Source of the DNA: an uncultured Gammaproteobacteria bacterium
GTDB taxonomy: Bacteria > Patescibacteriota > Microgenomatia > UBA1406 > GWC2-37-13
Assembly (NCBI GenBank): GCA_964590815.1
Contig: CAZPYR010000001.1
Location: 1-51,514, forward strand
Direction: 5' to 3'
DNA length: 51,514 nt
The notes below the pieces were generated by a model. The model did no database searches. It was not told the origin of the DNA and saw only the letters and a program-made list of their open reading frames with translations. Positions 6,870-16,282 of the stretch are shown here, piece after piece. The position numbers and the translations under genes are program-made. Within the stretch, counting starts at the first letter, position 1. Each line of letters opens with the position of its first letter.

Positions 6870-7436
6870 ATGAATGTATATTTCACCGCATCAATTGCCG
6901 CAAAGAATCAGTATTTAAAAAATTATCATGCAATTATTTCTTATCTGGAAAAACGCAATTTCCATGTTGTTCATGAGCATATATTAAACTCGACAGAGGC
7001 AAGCGTACGTGAAATGGAACGAGATGATAGAGTAGCCTTTTTAAAAAGAGTAGAAAATTGGATTAAGGCTTGTAGTTTTGTCATTGCGGAAACCTCATTC
7101 CCAAGTGTTAGTGTCGGATATGAAGTAGCACTCGCTCTAAGACTCGCTAAACCTGTACTCGTTTTATATAGTGAAGGTGACCCACCCTCTCTCCTCAAGT
7201 ATCACACATATGACCGACTTCATACAGAAAAATATGCAGTTCAATCAGTAGGCTCAGTTATTGATGACTTTGTACGCTATATAGAAGGCAAACATGATAC
7301 TCGTTTTACTTTTTTTCTTCCTGAAGAGTTAAATGCCTATCTGGAAGACGCCTCGAAAAAAAGAAAAATGACAAAATCAATGTATATTCGACAGTTACTA
7401 GAGAAAGATCTTCAGATAAACGATATTGTTATCTAG
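6870..7436 (+). CDS. Nucleoside 2-deoxyribosyltransferase-like domain fused to a C-terminal ribbon-helix-helix (CopG-like) domain
   Basis: The N-terminal MNVYFTASIA...CSFVIAETSFPSVSVGYEVALALRLAKPVLVLY resembles the NDT-like Rossmann fold with a conserved Glu. The C-terminal TRFTFFLPEELNAYLEDASKKRKMTKSMYIRQLLEKDL is a typical RHH strand-helix-helix. Confidence 0.55.
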   Translation: MNVYFTASIAAKNQYLKNYHAIISYLEKRNFHVVHEHILNSTEASVREMERDDRVAFLKRVENWIKACSFVIAETSFPSVSVGYEVALALRLAKPVLVLYSEGDPPSLLKYHTYDRLHTEKYAVQSVGSVIDDFVRYIEGKHDTRFTFFLPEELNAYLEDASKKRKMTKSMYIRQLLEKDLQINDIVI

Positions 7437-7449
7437 GTGGTATGAAATC

Positions 7450-9264
7450 TTAGATAGGAATACTGAAATAGAAAGTGGAGCCTTGGTCTTTTTTACTATC
7501 AACCCAAATTTTTCCATCGTGGCGACTAATAATCTCTTTTGAAATATATAAGCCAAGGCCGAGACCTGGATATGTTTTTTCCTCCGGATCGTTTACCTGA
7601 TATAATCTTTCAAAGATACGTTTCTGTTGATCTTCCTTTATACCAATTCCAAAGTCTTGTACACCTACAACAACAGTTTTTTTTGTCTTTTTAACTGTAA
7701 CAATAATCCCTTTTGACTTGGGTGAATATTTTATTGCATTAGTAAGAAGATTAACGAGGACTTGATATAACCTATATTTATCGGCAAAAATGGAAAAATG
7801 GGGATTCTTTTTGATTGTTATAATATGGTCCTCTGTGGAAGCCTGTATTCCTTCAACTGTATCGTTAATAAAACAATCGAAGTCAAATGACTCTTTGCTA
7901 AGCCTAAGTTTACCTGTCTCTATGCGGGAGACATCGAGTAGATCATTTGTTAATTCTGTAAGTCTGTTTGCCTGGTCATAAATTCTTTTTGCAAAATATT
8001 TTGGTCGTTCAAGTTCAGTTCTATCTATATATTTGCGGAGAAGATCTATAAACATTTTCATACTCGTAAGAGGAGTTTTTAGTTCATGCGAGGCCATACT
8101 CAGAAAATCACTTTTATCCTGTTCCATTTGTTTTTGGTGAGTAATATTGGTGGTTGCTCCCAACATACGGACTACTTCTCCTTTTTCATTCAACGTAAGC
8201 GAAGCTTGAGTGCTTACCCATCGTGTTTGCCCTTGAGGAGTTATTATTCTAAATTGCGCTACAAATGGTTTTTTACCCGAAATACTCTCCTTAATTTTAT
8301 TGCTTGCATACTCTCTATCTTGAGGGTGGACAAGAGTCGAAAAATTTTCAAAGCTAAGATTAAAATCTTTTTTTGAAACTCCGTGAATGGAATAAACTTT
8401 TTCTGTCCAGGTGAGTATGTTTGATGCTATATCCCAGTCCCAAACGCCAATCTCCCCGGCTTCTAGCGCAATTCGCAATCGTTCTTCATTTTCTTTTAAT
8501 CGTTGCTCAGCTTTCTTTTTGTCCGAAATATTTCGGGCTATCTTTGAAGCACCAATGATGCTTCCTTGACCTGTCTTAATAGGTGAAATACTAAGTGATA
8601 CTGATAGCCTATTGCCAAATTTATCTATACGAGTCGTCTCATAATGTTCGATGTGTTCACCTTTTTTCAATTTACTAATAATAATTTTTTCTTCAGAAAG
8701 AAGTTCGGGCGGAATGAGCAAACTGATATGTCTCCCGATTGCTTCCTCTGGTTTATATCCAAAAAGTTTGGTTGCTGCTTTATTCCAGCTTGTTATGACG
8801 CCTTGGAGAGTTTTACTAATAATTGCATCATCAGAAGATTCTACAATAGCCGCTAGTCTATATATTTGTTCTTCAGATTCTTTGCGACTAGTTATATCCT
8901 CATGTTCAAGTACTATGTGTGTGATCTGTCCTTTTCCATTGCGAATAGGATACATTTTCGCTTGGAGCCATCGATTTGCGGACTCCCCCGGCATAGATAC
9001 ATTTTTTGACGGCGAGTACATAATAGGAGGAAGTTGCACAATTTCACCGTTGAATCCTTTTATAATATATGGCATAGCACCGTTTTTTATCAACTGCTTA
9101 TCATGAAGGATACTATATGATTTTAATTGTATAAATGTACGGCTCCAGAGTTTCTCCCAAGCACGATTTACAAAAAGAATTTTTCCTTCTGGTGTAAAAA
9201 TTTGAGTACTTATCGGAGTTTGTTCGAAGATGGTTTTGAAAAGTAATAGCTGATCCTCATCCAT
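7450..9264 (-). CDS. Cytoplasmic sensor histidine kinase with three PAS domains
   Basis: H box SHELKTPLTS, N box LLTNAIKYSP, G boxes QDFGIGI and GLGLGLYISKEI. Three PAS-like repeats precede the kinase core. No TM segment. Confidence 0.9.
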   Translation of the reverse strand: MDEDQLLLFKTIFEQTPISTQIFTPEGKILFVNRAWEKLWSRTFIQLKSYSILHDKQLIKNGAMPYIIKGFNGEIVQLPPIMYSPSKNVSMPGESANRWLQAKMYPIRNGKGQITHIVLEHEDITSRKESEEQIYRLAAIVESSDDAIISKTLQGVITSWNKAATKLFGYKPEEAIGRHISLLIPPELLSEEKIIISKLKKGEHIEHYETTRIDKFGNRLSVSLSISPIKTGQGSIIGASKIARNISDKKKAEQRLKENEERLRIALEAGEIGVWDWDIASNILTWTEKVYSIHGVSKKDFNLSFENFSTLVHPQDREYASNKIKESISGKKPFVAQFRIITPQGQTRWVSTQASLTLNEKGEVVRMLGATTNITHQKQMEQDKSDFLSMASHELKTPLTSMKMFIDLLRKYIDRTELERPKYFAKRIYDQANRLTELTNDLLDVSRIETGKLRLSKESFDFDCFINDTVEGIQASTEDHIITIKKNPHFSIFADKYRLYQVLVNLLTNAIKYSPKSKGIIVTVKKTKKTVVVGVQDFGIGIKEDQQKRIFERLYQVNDPEEKTYPGLGLGLYISKEIISRHDGKIWVDSKKDQGSTFYFSIPI

Positions 9265-9317
9265 AATGATGTGGCTTAGTATAGCACAGTAATATCTAAA
9301 GTTTGAAAGAGTAGAAA

Positions 9318-10034
9318 TTAGTCGTTTAGGTGCTCTTTATGAAGTGTTTCTTCGATATCTTTGAATGTCGCATGTTTCATTTGCGCCTTTGTCATTTTAG
9401 GTGCACGACGATAGCTTATAAATTCGTAAATAAGGGGAACTAGAGATACAAATATGATACCAACAACAGCATAGTGAAAATTATGCTGAACAAATTCAAG
9501 TCCTCCAAAAAAATAGCCGGCAAATGTAAATAACGTGACCCACAAAAAACCACCCACAATATTATAGAGTATAAAGGTATCATAGTGCATTTTACCTACA
9601 CCTGCGACAAAGGGAGCAAAGGTACGAATAATAGGAAAGAAACGTGCAAGGATAATAGTTTTGCCACCGTGTTTTTCGTAAAATTCTCGAGTTTTTTCTA
9701 GGTATTCCTTTTTGAAAATTCGTGAATTTTCTTTAGTAAAGACTGTTGGACCAATGTAGTGACCGATCCAATAATTTACAGTATCTCCTAAAATAGCTGC
9801 AACTAATAGTGAAAAATATATTATCCATATATTAAGATGTCCGGCACCTGCTAATGTGCCTGCTACAAAAAGAAGTGAGTCTCCCGGTAAAAAAGGAGTT
9901 ACGACAAGTCCAGTCTCAGCAAAAACAATTGCAAATAGAATGACATAGGTAAAGCCACCAAACTGTTGAATGATATTACCCAGATGTTCATCCAAGTGTA
10001 GAAATAAGTTTACAATTTGCATGAGAATTTCCAT
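9318..10034 (-). CDS. DedA family membrane protein
   Basis: VFAETGLVVTPFLPGDSLLFVAG...ARFFPIIRTFAPFVAGVGKM is the DedA/SNARE-associated signature. Confidence 0.85.
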   Translation of the reverse strand: MEILMQIVNLFLHLDEHLGNIIQQFGGFTYVILFAIVFAETGLVVTPFLPGDSLLFVAGTLAGAGHLNIWIIYFSLLVAAILGDTVNYWIGHYIGPTVFTKENSRIFKKEYLEKTREFYEKHGGKTIILARFFPIIRTFAPFVAGVGKMHYDTFILYNIVGGFLWVTLFTFAGYFFGGLEFVQHNFHYAVVGIIFVSLVPLIYEFISYRRAPKMTKAQMKHATFKDIEETLHKEHLND

Positions 10035-10155
10035 AGGTTCACTAATTATATAAAAAAAATTTAGGTGGTCAACACGAAAATCTTGTTGTGTCCTTCATGG
10101 TTTAATTCTGATAGACTTTAATTTGGCAAGATTGTCAAAATAAAACTATATAGAG

Positions 10156-11094
10156 ATGATTTTTATCCATCTACTTTTTTATATCTGTTCTTTACTCTGT
10201 ATCTGGTTCGGTGCCGGATTGATTGTGCGTGGTGTAGATAATTTTTCATCACAACTTAAAGTTTCATCCTTTACCGTGTCATTTTTTGTTCTGGGTATCT
10301 TGACGTCGATTCCCGAGTTATCACTAGGGCTTAATGCAATAGCTATTAATGATCCAGAAATTTTTGTTGGTAATTTGTTGGGTGGCGTAATTGTTATCTT
10401 TTTACTTATTATTCCATTGTTTGCTATTTTGGGCGGTGGAGTCACAATATCCAGGCAGCTTGATAAAAGAAATTTGCTTTTTTCTCTTCTCACTATAGCG
10501 GCACCAGTATTTTTTTTGGCAGATAATAAATTGACAAATGTAGATGGTGCTTTTATGTTGATACTATATGTTGTTTTACTTCTTTTTATACAGAAGAAAA
10601 AAGGTTTTCTTGATGCCTTAGGAAGTACGAATAAACCAAAAATTAATTATGTCGATTCTTTTGCTCGGATAATAATAGGCATAGTGATTGTATATTTTAC
10701 GAGTAAGTTTTTAGTTGATAGAACTGTATATTTTTCCCATCTTTTTCAAGTATCCCCATTTATTATTAGTCTGATAGGTTTATCTATAGGTACCAATATT
10801 CCCGAATTATCTTTAGCTATTCGATCAGTGTTGACCGGAAAGAAGGATATTGCGCTCGGTGACTATGTAGGTTCTGCTGCAGCCAATACCTTATTATTTG
10901 GTTTTTTTAGTATTCTAAATCCAGGAGTTATACATATAAATGGTAACTTTTACATAACTGTAGTTTTTATATTGCTGAGTGTTTTTATGTTTTATTTTTT
11001 TTCTCGTAGTCGTAATGATATATCTCGAAAAGAAGGATTTTTATTATTGTCTTTTTATATTTTCTTTCTATTAACTGAACTATTAAAAGTATAA
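10156..11094 (+). CDS. CaCA-family cation/Ca2+ exchanger (YrbG-like)
   Basis: About 10 TM segments with two alpha-repeats (GILTSIPELSLG and GLSIGTNIPELSLA). Confidence 0.8.
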   Translation: MIFIHLLFYICSLLCIWFGAGLIVRGVDNFSSQLKVSSFTVSFFVLGILTSIPELSLGLNAIAINDPEIFVGNLLGGVIVIFLLIIPLFAILGGGVTISRQLDKRNLLFSLLTIAAPVFFLADNKLTNVDGAFMLILYVVLLLFIQKKKGFLDALGSTNKPKINYVDSFARIIIGIVIVYFTSKFLVDRTVYFSHLFQVSPFIISLIGLSIGTNIPELSLAIRSVLTGKKDIALGDYVGSAAANTLLFGFFSILNPGVIHINGNFYITVVFILLSVFMFYFFSRSRNDISRKEGFLLLSFYIFFLLTELLKV

Positions 11095-11106
11095 TATGGT
11101 CAATAT

Positions 11107-13617
11107 ATGAAAGGATTAACTACACAAAAAGCGGAAGAATTGCTGAAAGTCCACGGGTTAAATACTATTCAGGAACAAAGGAAGAAGCGTTTTATTACGA
11201 TTCTTTTTGAACAGTTCAATAATTTTCTAACCATACTTCTGGTTGTTGCAGCACTACTTTCATTTTTTATTGGAGAGCCAATTGATGGGATATTAATACT
11301 TTTGATTGTTATTTTAAATGGTTTATTTGGTGTTTACCAGGAAGCTAAGGCATCAGAAGCAATTGCTGCACTTAAAGAGATGACTATTACCAGAATACGA
11401 GTGTTACGTGACGATCAGGAAGTGGAGCTGGATAGTCGATATCTTGTACCAGGAGATGTTATTTTTGTTGAGGAGGGTGTGAAAATACCGGCTGACGGGG
11501 TCATCCTTGAAACTATCAATCTTGAGATAAATGAAGCGGCTTTGACCGGAGAATCTATGGCTGTATCTAAAGCCACAAATGAAGAACTGTATATGGGTAC
11601 TATTGTGAGCCGGGGAAGAGGTTATGCAAAAATAAAATCGACTGGTATGCAGACAAAATTTGGGGAGATTGCAAGTCGTTTATCCACAATGACGGAGGCA
11701 AAGAGTCCTCTTATGATGAAACTGGAAAGTGTTACCAAGGCAATTGGTATTATAGGTATCATCGCCTCGATGCTTGTATTCTTTTTGGCAACCATGGAAG
11801 GTTCGGCGTATTTTGCTGCTTTCTTACTAGCCATATCTCTCGCAGTCGCTGTTGTACCCGAAGGACTGCCAGCTGTCATGACTATTACTCTGTCTATAGG
11901 TGTAAAAGAAATGGCCAAAAGAAAGGCTATTATTCGCAAACTTACGGCAATTGAAGCTTTGGGTAGTGTGACTTTGATTGCTACAGATAAAACAGGTACA
12001 TTGACCACAAATAAAATGCAAGTAAAGGAACTGTACTTTAATGAGCATAGACATGAAAATTTGGAAGAGATTTCTATTAAAAATAGTGTTTTTAATCTGC
12101 TTGTTTTAAATGGTGTAGTATGTTCCACTGCCACATTATCTCCTCATGTAGACGGAAAAGGATTTGACATATTGGGTGATCCAACTGAGGGTGCTTTGCT
12201 TCTGCTTGCTCAGAAAAAAAATCAAATGGTGGAGGATGTACGATCACAATGGAAATTGATTGAAGAAATACCTTTCGATAGCATATCAAAAAAAATGGTT
12301 GTAAAAGTAAAAAATCAATCTGAAGAACTGACTTTTACAAAAGGTGCACCGGAATCTATATTGCAGCTCTCTCATAAAATTTTGATAGGTGATACAGAAC
12401 TGGATCTTACGGAAGAAAGAAGGAAAAATATAACTGATGTGCTTGAGCATTGGGCCAACCAAGGGCTGAGGGTATTAGCATTTTCTTATAAAAAGGAACA
12501 TACCACAAAGCTTGATAAACAAGTATTTTTAGGCATGGCAGCAATTTATGATGCTCCACGTCCTGAAATTCGTGCTGCTGTACAACGTGCTCATGCGGCT
12601 GGCATACAAGTGGTCATGATTACTGGTGATAATGAAAAAACAGCGCAAGCTATAGCACGAGAGGCTCATATTATGGAGACAGGCGATAGAGTACTCACAG
12701 GTCAAGATCTGGATACTATGTCAGATAAAGAGCTGCTAACAATACTCAAGGATGTAAAAGTGTTTGCTCGTACTACGCCTTTTCATAAACATCACATTGT
12801 GAGTTTATATCAACAACAAGGCGAGATAGTTGCCGTGACTGGAGACGGGGTCAATGATGCAATTGCATTAAAGCAGGCTGATGTGGGTGTAGCTATGGGA
12901 TTGGTAGGGACCGATGTCGCACGTGAAACTGCGGATATGGTGATTACCGATGATAATTTCGCGACGATAGTAGATGCCATAGAGGAAGGTCGTAACATTA
13001 TCAAAAATCTTAAAAATGCTATTGCTTATTTGTTATCCTGCAATGTAACAGAAGCATTATCCTTAATAATCGGCATGCTGCTTGGTTTCCCACATATCTT
13101 TTATCCTATACAGTTTTTGTATATCAATCTAGTAACAGACGGTATCCCAGCATTAGCTCTTGCTTTTTCTCCACGAGATGCCATGGCAATGAAACATAAA
13201 CCACAAAAGCATGTAGAATTATTGGATAAAGGAAATTTGTTTTATATTTTTTCTGTTGGAGCGATATCCTCGGTGTTGGTAATAGGTACTTTTATGTGGT
13301 ACTTACAGGTAAGTAGCGAACTTGCTACCACTGCAGCCTTTTGTGTACTTGCATTAATTCAGTCATTTATTTTAGTAGATGTATGGCTTTCACGACGCAG
13401 TTTGATGGGTAATTTATATAAACTTATATCTCCTATCTTTTTCCTCGCTTTTTTGCTGCCTTTTATGACACAGTTGACTATAGTTTCTGTCCCTTCCCTT
13501 GCCGCAGTATTTAGGTCGACAACGGTATCTTTTTGGATGTTTGGAAGCTTTATATTGATTGCATTCCTTATTCTAGTAGGAATAACTATTACAAAGTTAT
13601 TTTATAGAGAAGAATAA
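11107..13617 (+). CDS. P-type cation-transporting ATPase, P2 (Ca2+-ATPase-like)
   Basis: TGES, PEGLPAV, DKTGTLTTN, KGAPE, MITGDN and TGDGVNDAIALKQADVGVAMG. Confidence 0.9.
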   Translation: MKGLTTQKAEELLKVHGLNTIQEQRKKRFITILFEQFNNFLTILLVVAALLSFFIGEPIDGILILLIVILNGLFGVYQEAKASEAIAALKEMTITRIRVLRDDQEVELDSRYLVPGDVIFVEEGVKIPADGVILETINLEINEAALTGESMAVSKATNEELYMGTIVSRGRGYAKIKSTGMQTKFGEIASRLSTMTEAKSPLMMKLESVTKAIGIIGIIASMLVFFLATMEGSAYFAAFLLAISLAVAVVPEGLPAVMTITLSIGVKEMAKRKAIIRKLTAIEALGSVTLIATDKTGTLTTNKMQVKELYFNEHRHENLEEISIKNSVFNLLVLNGVVCSTATLSPHVDGKGFDILGDPTEGALLLLAQKKNQMVEDVRSQWKLIEEIPFDSISKKMVVKVKNQSEELTFTKGAPESILQLSHKILIGDTELDLTEERRKNITDVLEHWANQGLRVLAFSYKKEHTTKLDKQVFLGMAAIYDAPRPEIRAAVQRAHAAGIQVVMITGDNEKTAQAIAREAHIMETGDRVLTGQDLDTMSDKELLTILKDVKVFARTTPFHKHHIVSLYQQQGEIVAVTGDGVNDAIALKQADVGVAMGLVGTDVARETADMVITDDNFATIVDAIEEGRNIIKNLKNAIAYLLSCNVTEALSLIIGMLLGFPHIFYPIQFLYINLVTDGIPALALAFSPRDAMAMKHKPQKHVELLDKGNLFYIFSVGAISSVLVIGTFMWYLQVSSELATTAAFCVLALIQSFILVDVWLSRRSLMGNLYKLISPIFFLAFLLPFMTQLTIVSVPSLAAVFRSTTVSFWMFGSFILIAFLILVGITITKLFYREE

Positions 13618-13829
13618 AATAGGAGGGATTTTAATATTGAGATTAGATTTGTGATGGGTTTGTGAAGAATCTACAGCGAATTATTTACAATCTTCTTTTT
13701 GCATGGCAAGAAATAGTTTAGACATTATATAGGTAATAAATTTCGCATATCCACTTAGTGACATGAATATTGCTGTCAATAGAAATAGGAGGCGTATTGA
13801 TATATAATGGTATAAGTTTTAAAATAACT

Positions 13830-14498
13830 ATGAAAATTAAAAGTATGCCATCGCATACAAGACCTCGTGAAAAGCTCATACAAAAAGGGGTTGCTAATCT
13901 AAAAGATAAAGAGCTCCTGGCCATATTATTTCGAACTGGTAGTAAAGGCAAAAACGCGATAGAGCTAGCAGATGATTTTTTAAAAAAATATACAAATAAA
14001 GAAATACCCCATCTTTCATTTCAGGATGTCTGTAAAGTATCGGGAATAGATGCTGGTAAATCCTGTATGTTGCTGGCGGCATTAGAATTTTCTAAAAGAC
14101 TTTTTGAATCAACTATAGAGGGTTTATCCACCGTGGCTTCCCCTGTAGACGCCCTACCTTATTTAACTACTATAAAAAATTTAAAAAAAGAGCATTTTGT
14201 TGCACTTTATATGAATGCACGTAATCAAGTCATACATCAGGAAACAATTTCTATTGGGACCCTTACTGCGAGCCTTGTACACCCTCGTGAGGTATTTGAA
14301 CCGGCCGTAAGGGTTTGTGCCGGTTCAATAATTATTGCTCATAATCATCCATCTGGAGAGATCAGTCCATCAGATCAGGATATACATATTACTAGGCAGC
14401 TACAGGAAGCAGGGAAGATATTAAATATTGAAATACTAGATCATCTTATTGTTACGACCAAAGGATATGTCTCCCTTAAAGAAAAAGGATTTATTTAG
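13830..14498 (+). CDS. radC: RadC-like JAB/MPN domain protein
   Basis: RPREKL...ELLAILFRTG at the N-terminus and the JAB motif HNHPSGEISPSDQD. The start is moved to ATG 13830 (MKIKSMPSH). Confidence 0.85.
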   Translation: MKIKSMPSHTRPREKLIQKGVANLKDKELLAILFRTGSKGKNAIELADDFLKKYTNKEIPHLSFQDVCKVSGIDAGKSCMLLAALEFSKRLFESTIEGLSTVASPVDALPYLTTIKNLKKEHFVALYMNARNQVIHQETISIGTLTASLVHPREVFEPAVRVCAGSIIIAHNHPSGEISPSDQDIHITRQLQEAGKILNIEILDHLIVTTKGYVSLKEKGFI

Positions 14499-15096
14499 TA
14501 GAAAGACTTCTCCACAATAATAAAGAGGCATATGTCCGATAAGGTGACCATATATGAGAAATATTCTCTAGTTCAGCTATTGTTGGCTCATGTGAAATTT
14601 TGTATAATTTTTGTATACCTCTTTTGAGACCTAAATCTTTTGTAGAAAAAATATCTTCACGTCCTAGAGTAAACATGAGAAACATTTCAACAGTCCAGGG
14701 ACCAATACCTTTTACTTTAGTGAGTTCTTTCATAATTTCATCCGCAGACTTGGAAGAAAGTGTATCCAGTTGTATCTCTTTAGTTGTAACTTTTAAAGAA
14801 AGATCATGGATATAGCGGGCCTTAGAACCTGAAAGGCCGATAGAACGTAATATATCTGGTTGCATTATTATTGCAAAATTTGCTGAAACTTGCTCTTGTG
14901 GGAATAAAGACTTAAATCTACCCCAGATGGCATCACCTGCCTTGGTAGAGATCTGTTGACTGATAATAGATTCACAAAGAGCTGAAAAATATTCCGCTTT
15001 AGGTGTAATGTAGATTGGACTTTGCAAAAGGGAAATAGCATTATACAGAATAGGATCCACTTTTTGGAAATGTTGTGCTACATGTTTGGGGATCAT
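14491..15096 (-). CDS. HhH-GPD DNA glycosylase (3-methyladenine DNA glycosylase II/AlkA-like)
   Basis: LTKVKGIGPWTVEMFLMFTLGREDIFSTKDLGLKRG is a helix-hairpin-helix followed by the catalytic Asp. Confidence 0.8.
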   Translation of the reverse strand: MIPKHVAQHFQKVDPILYNAISLLQSPIYITPKAEYFSALCESIISQQISTKAGDAIWGRFKSLFPQEQVSANFAIIMQPDILRSIGLSGSKARYIHDLSLKVTTKEIQLDTLSSKSADEIMKELTKVKGIGPWTVEMFLMFTLGREDIFSTKDLGLKRGIQKLYKISHEPTIAELENISHIWSPYRTYASLLLWRSLSTK

Positions 15097-15818
15097 ACAG
15101 ATTGAGACCTATTAGGAGAAACCGCCGGTTTTTTATAGTATGTAGCAAACCATAACCTGATACGTAACAGGAGTACTGCGATACCGAATAAAAAAATAAG
15201 CAACCCAATTGCGGGGAAAATACCATTAGACTTGCCAGTTAACCATGATAGCCACTCATGAGATCCCTTTATAAACATATGCATAAGTGAAAGTATGAGC
15301 GCGACATATCCCCATCTTAGTAGCTGACGCCAACGCAGGCCACCGATTTCATGAATGACAGTCTGCGTAGAAATAATAATCATGCCAATATATATAATGA
15401 TTGCTATTTCGGCGCTTAAGAGAGCGATATCTCCGTATCGAGTAAGGGAGAATGGAATGAGGATCTTAGCTGTGCCGGAGTGATAGAGGACTACACTTGT
15501 ATGGATAAGGGCATAGATAAAACCTATTACACCAAGTTGTTTTCTATATATTATAAAGTGATCAGCAAAATTCCAAAAATAGCAAAGACCACTGAGCATG
15601 AACGATAATCCAATGAGTATGATCCCAACATTCGCGGTAGCTCGACTAAAAGCACGAAGATCATAGATACCTTGCGTTGCAAATATATATAGACTAATAA
15701 TAATAAATATAACGAGACTATACATTCCTGTATCAAACCATAGATTGCGAGGTAGGGGAGGGGGATTTTTTTTTATCTGTTCGTTTAGTTTTTCCTGTAT
15801 TTGTATTTCTGGATGCAT
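15093..15818 (-). CDS. Ferric-reductase-like transmembrane protein (MsrQ/YedZ-like)
   Basis: Six predicted TM helices with conserved His positions (FIYALIHTSVV and LILSLMHMFIKG). The start is moved to ATG 15818 (MHPEIQ), which has a -10-like TATACT 6 nt upstream. Confidence 0.5.
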   Translation of the reverse strand: MHPEIQIQEKLNEQIKKNPPPLPRNLWFDTGMYSLVIFIIISLYIFATQGIYDLRAFSRATANVGIILIGLSFMLSGLCYFWNFADHFIIYRKQLGVIGFIYALIHTSVVLYHSGTAKILIPFSLTRYGDIALLSAEIAIIIYIGMIIISTQTVIHEIGGLRWRQLLRWGYVALILSLMHMFIKGSHEWLSWLTGKSNGIFPAIGLLIFLFGIAVLLLRIRLWFATYYKKPAVSPNRSQSV

Positions 15819-15840
15819 ATTATTAGTATATAGTATATCT

Positions 15841-16281
15841 ATGATTTTTATAAAAAAATATTGGTTTTTCATAGTCTTTGTGATCATGCTTTTATGTTCT
15901 GCATACTTATTTACACTAAATAGCAATCGGGAGATGTTATATTCAGGTAATGGCCTTTGGAAAGATTACACGATAGAGACTATGACTGTTGATGGAAAAG
16001 AACGAAGGCTTGTTGTGGCTGATTCGCCGCAGCGGTGGACACAGGGACTTATGTATGTGCGAAAACCGGTTTCCGATTTTGACGGTATGGTTTTCAAATT
16101 TCCCGATAGACAACCTCGCGTTTTCTGGAATCAAAACACATTGGAAACATTAACTATATTTTGGTTAGCAGAAGGGAAGGTAATAGGACAAAGTACACTT
16201 CCATCAATAGAAATAAGTAAAAAAATAGTTACCGTTGAGTCTCCGGCCCCTGCGGATACGGTAGTAGAAATAATACAATGA
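15841..16281 (+). CDS. DUF192 family protein with N-terminal signal anchor
   Basis: VADSPQRWTQGLMYVRKPVSDFDGMVFKFP...RVFWNQNTLETLTIFWL is the DUF192 pattern. The start is moved to ATG 15841, because the upstream part of the ORF is antisense to the neighbouring gene. Confidence 0.7.
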   Translation: MIFIKKYWFFIVFVIMLLCSAYLFTLNSNREMLYSGNGLWKDYTIETMTVDGKERRLVVADSPQRWTQGLMYVRKPVSDFDGMVFKFPDRQPRVFWNQNTLETLTIFWLAEGKVIGQSTLPSIEISKKIVTVESPAPADTVVEIIQ

Positions 16282-16282
16282 T

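Noticed and set aside
10123-10152. TTGGCA-N18-TATATA promoter-like sequence upstream of the CaCA exchanger gene.
   Set aside because: The -10 hexamer ends only 3 nt before the ATG, so a transcript starting from it would begin inside the coding region. It is probably a chance match in AT-rich sequence.
13664-13700. Possible terminator after the P-type ATPase gene (GAAGAATCTA ... TACAATCTTC followed by T5).
   Set aside because: Only 8 of 10 stem positions pair and the stem is AT-rich. It is too weak to call without an energy calculation.
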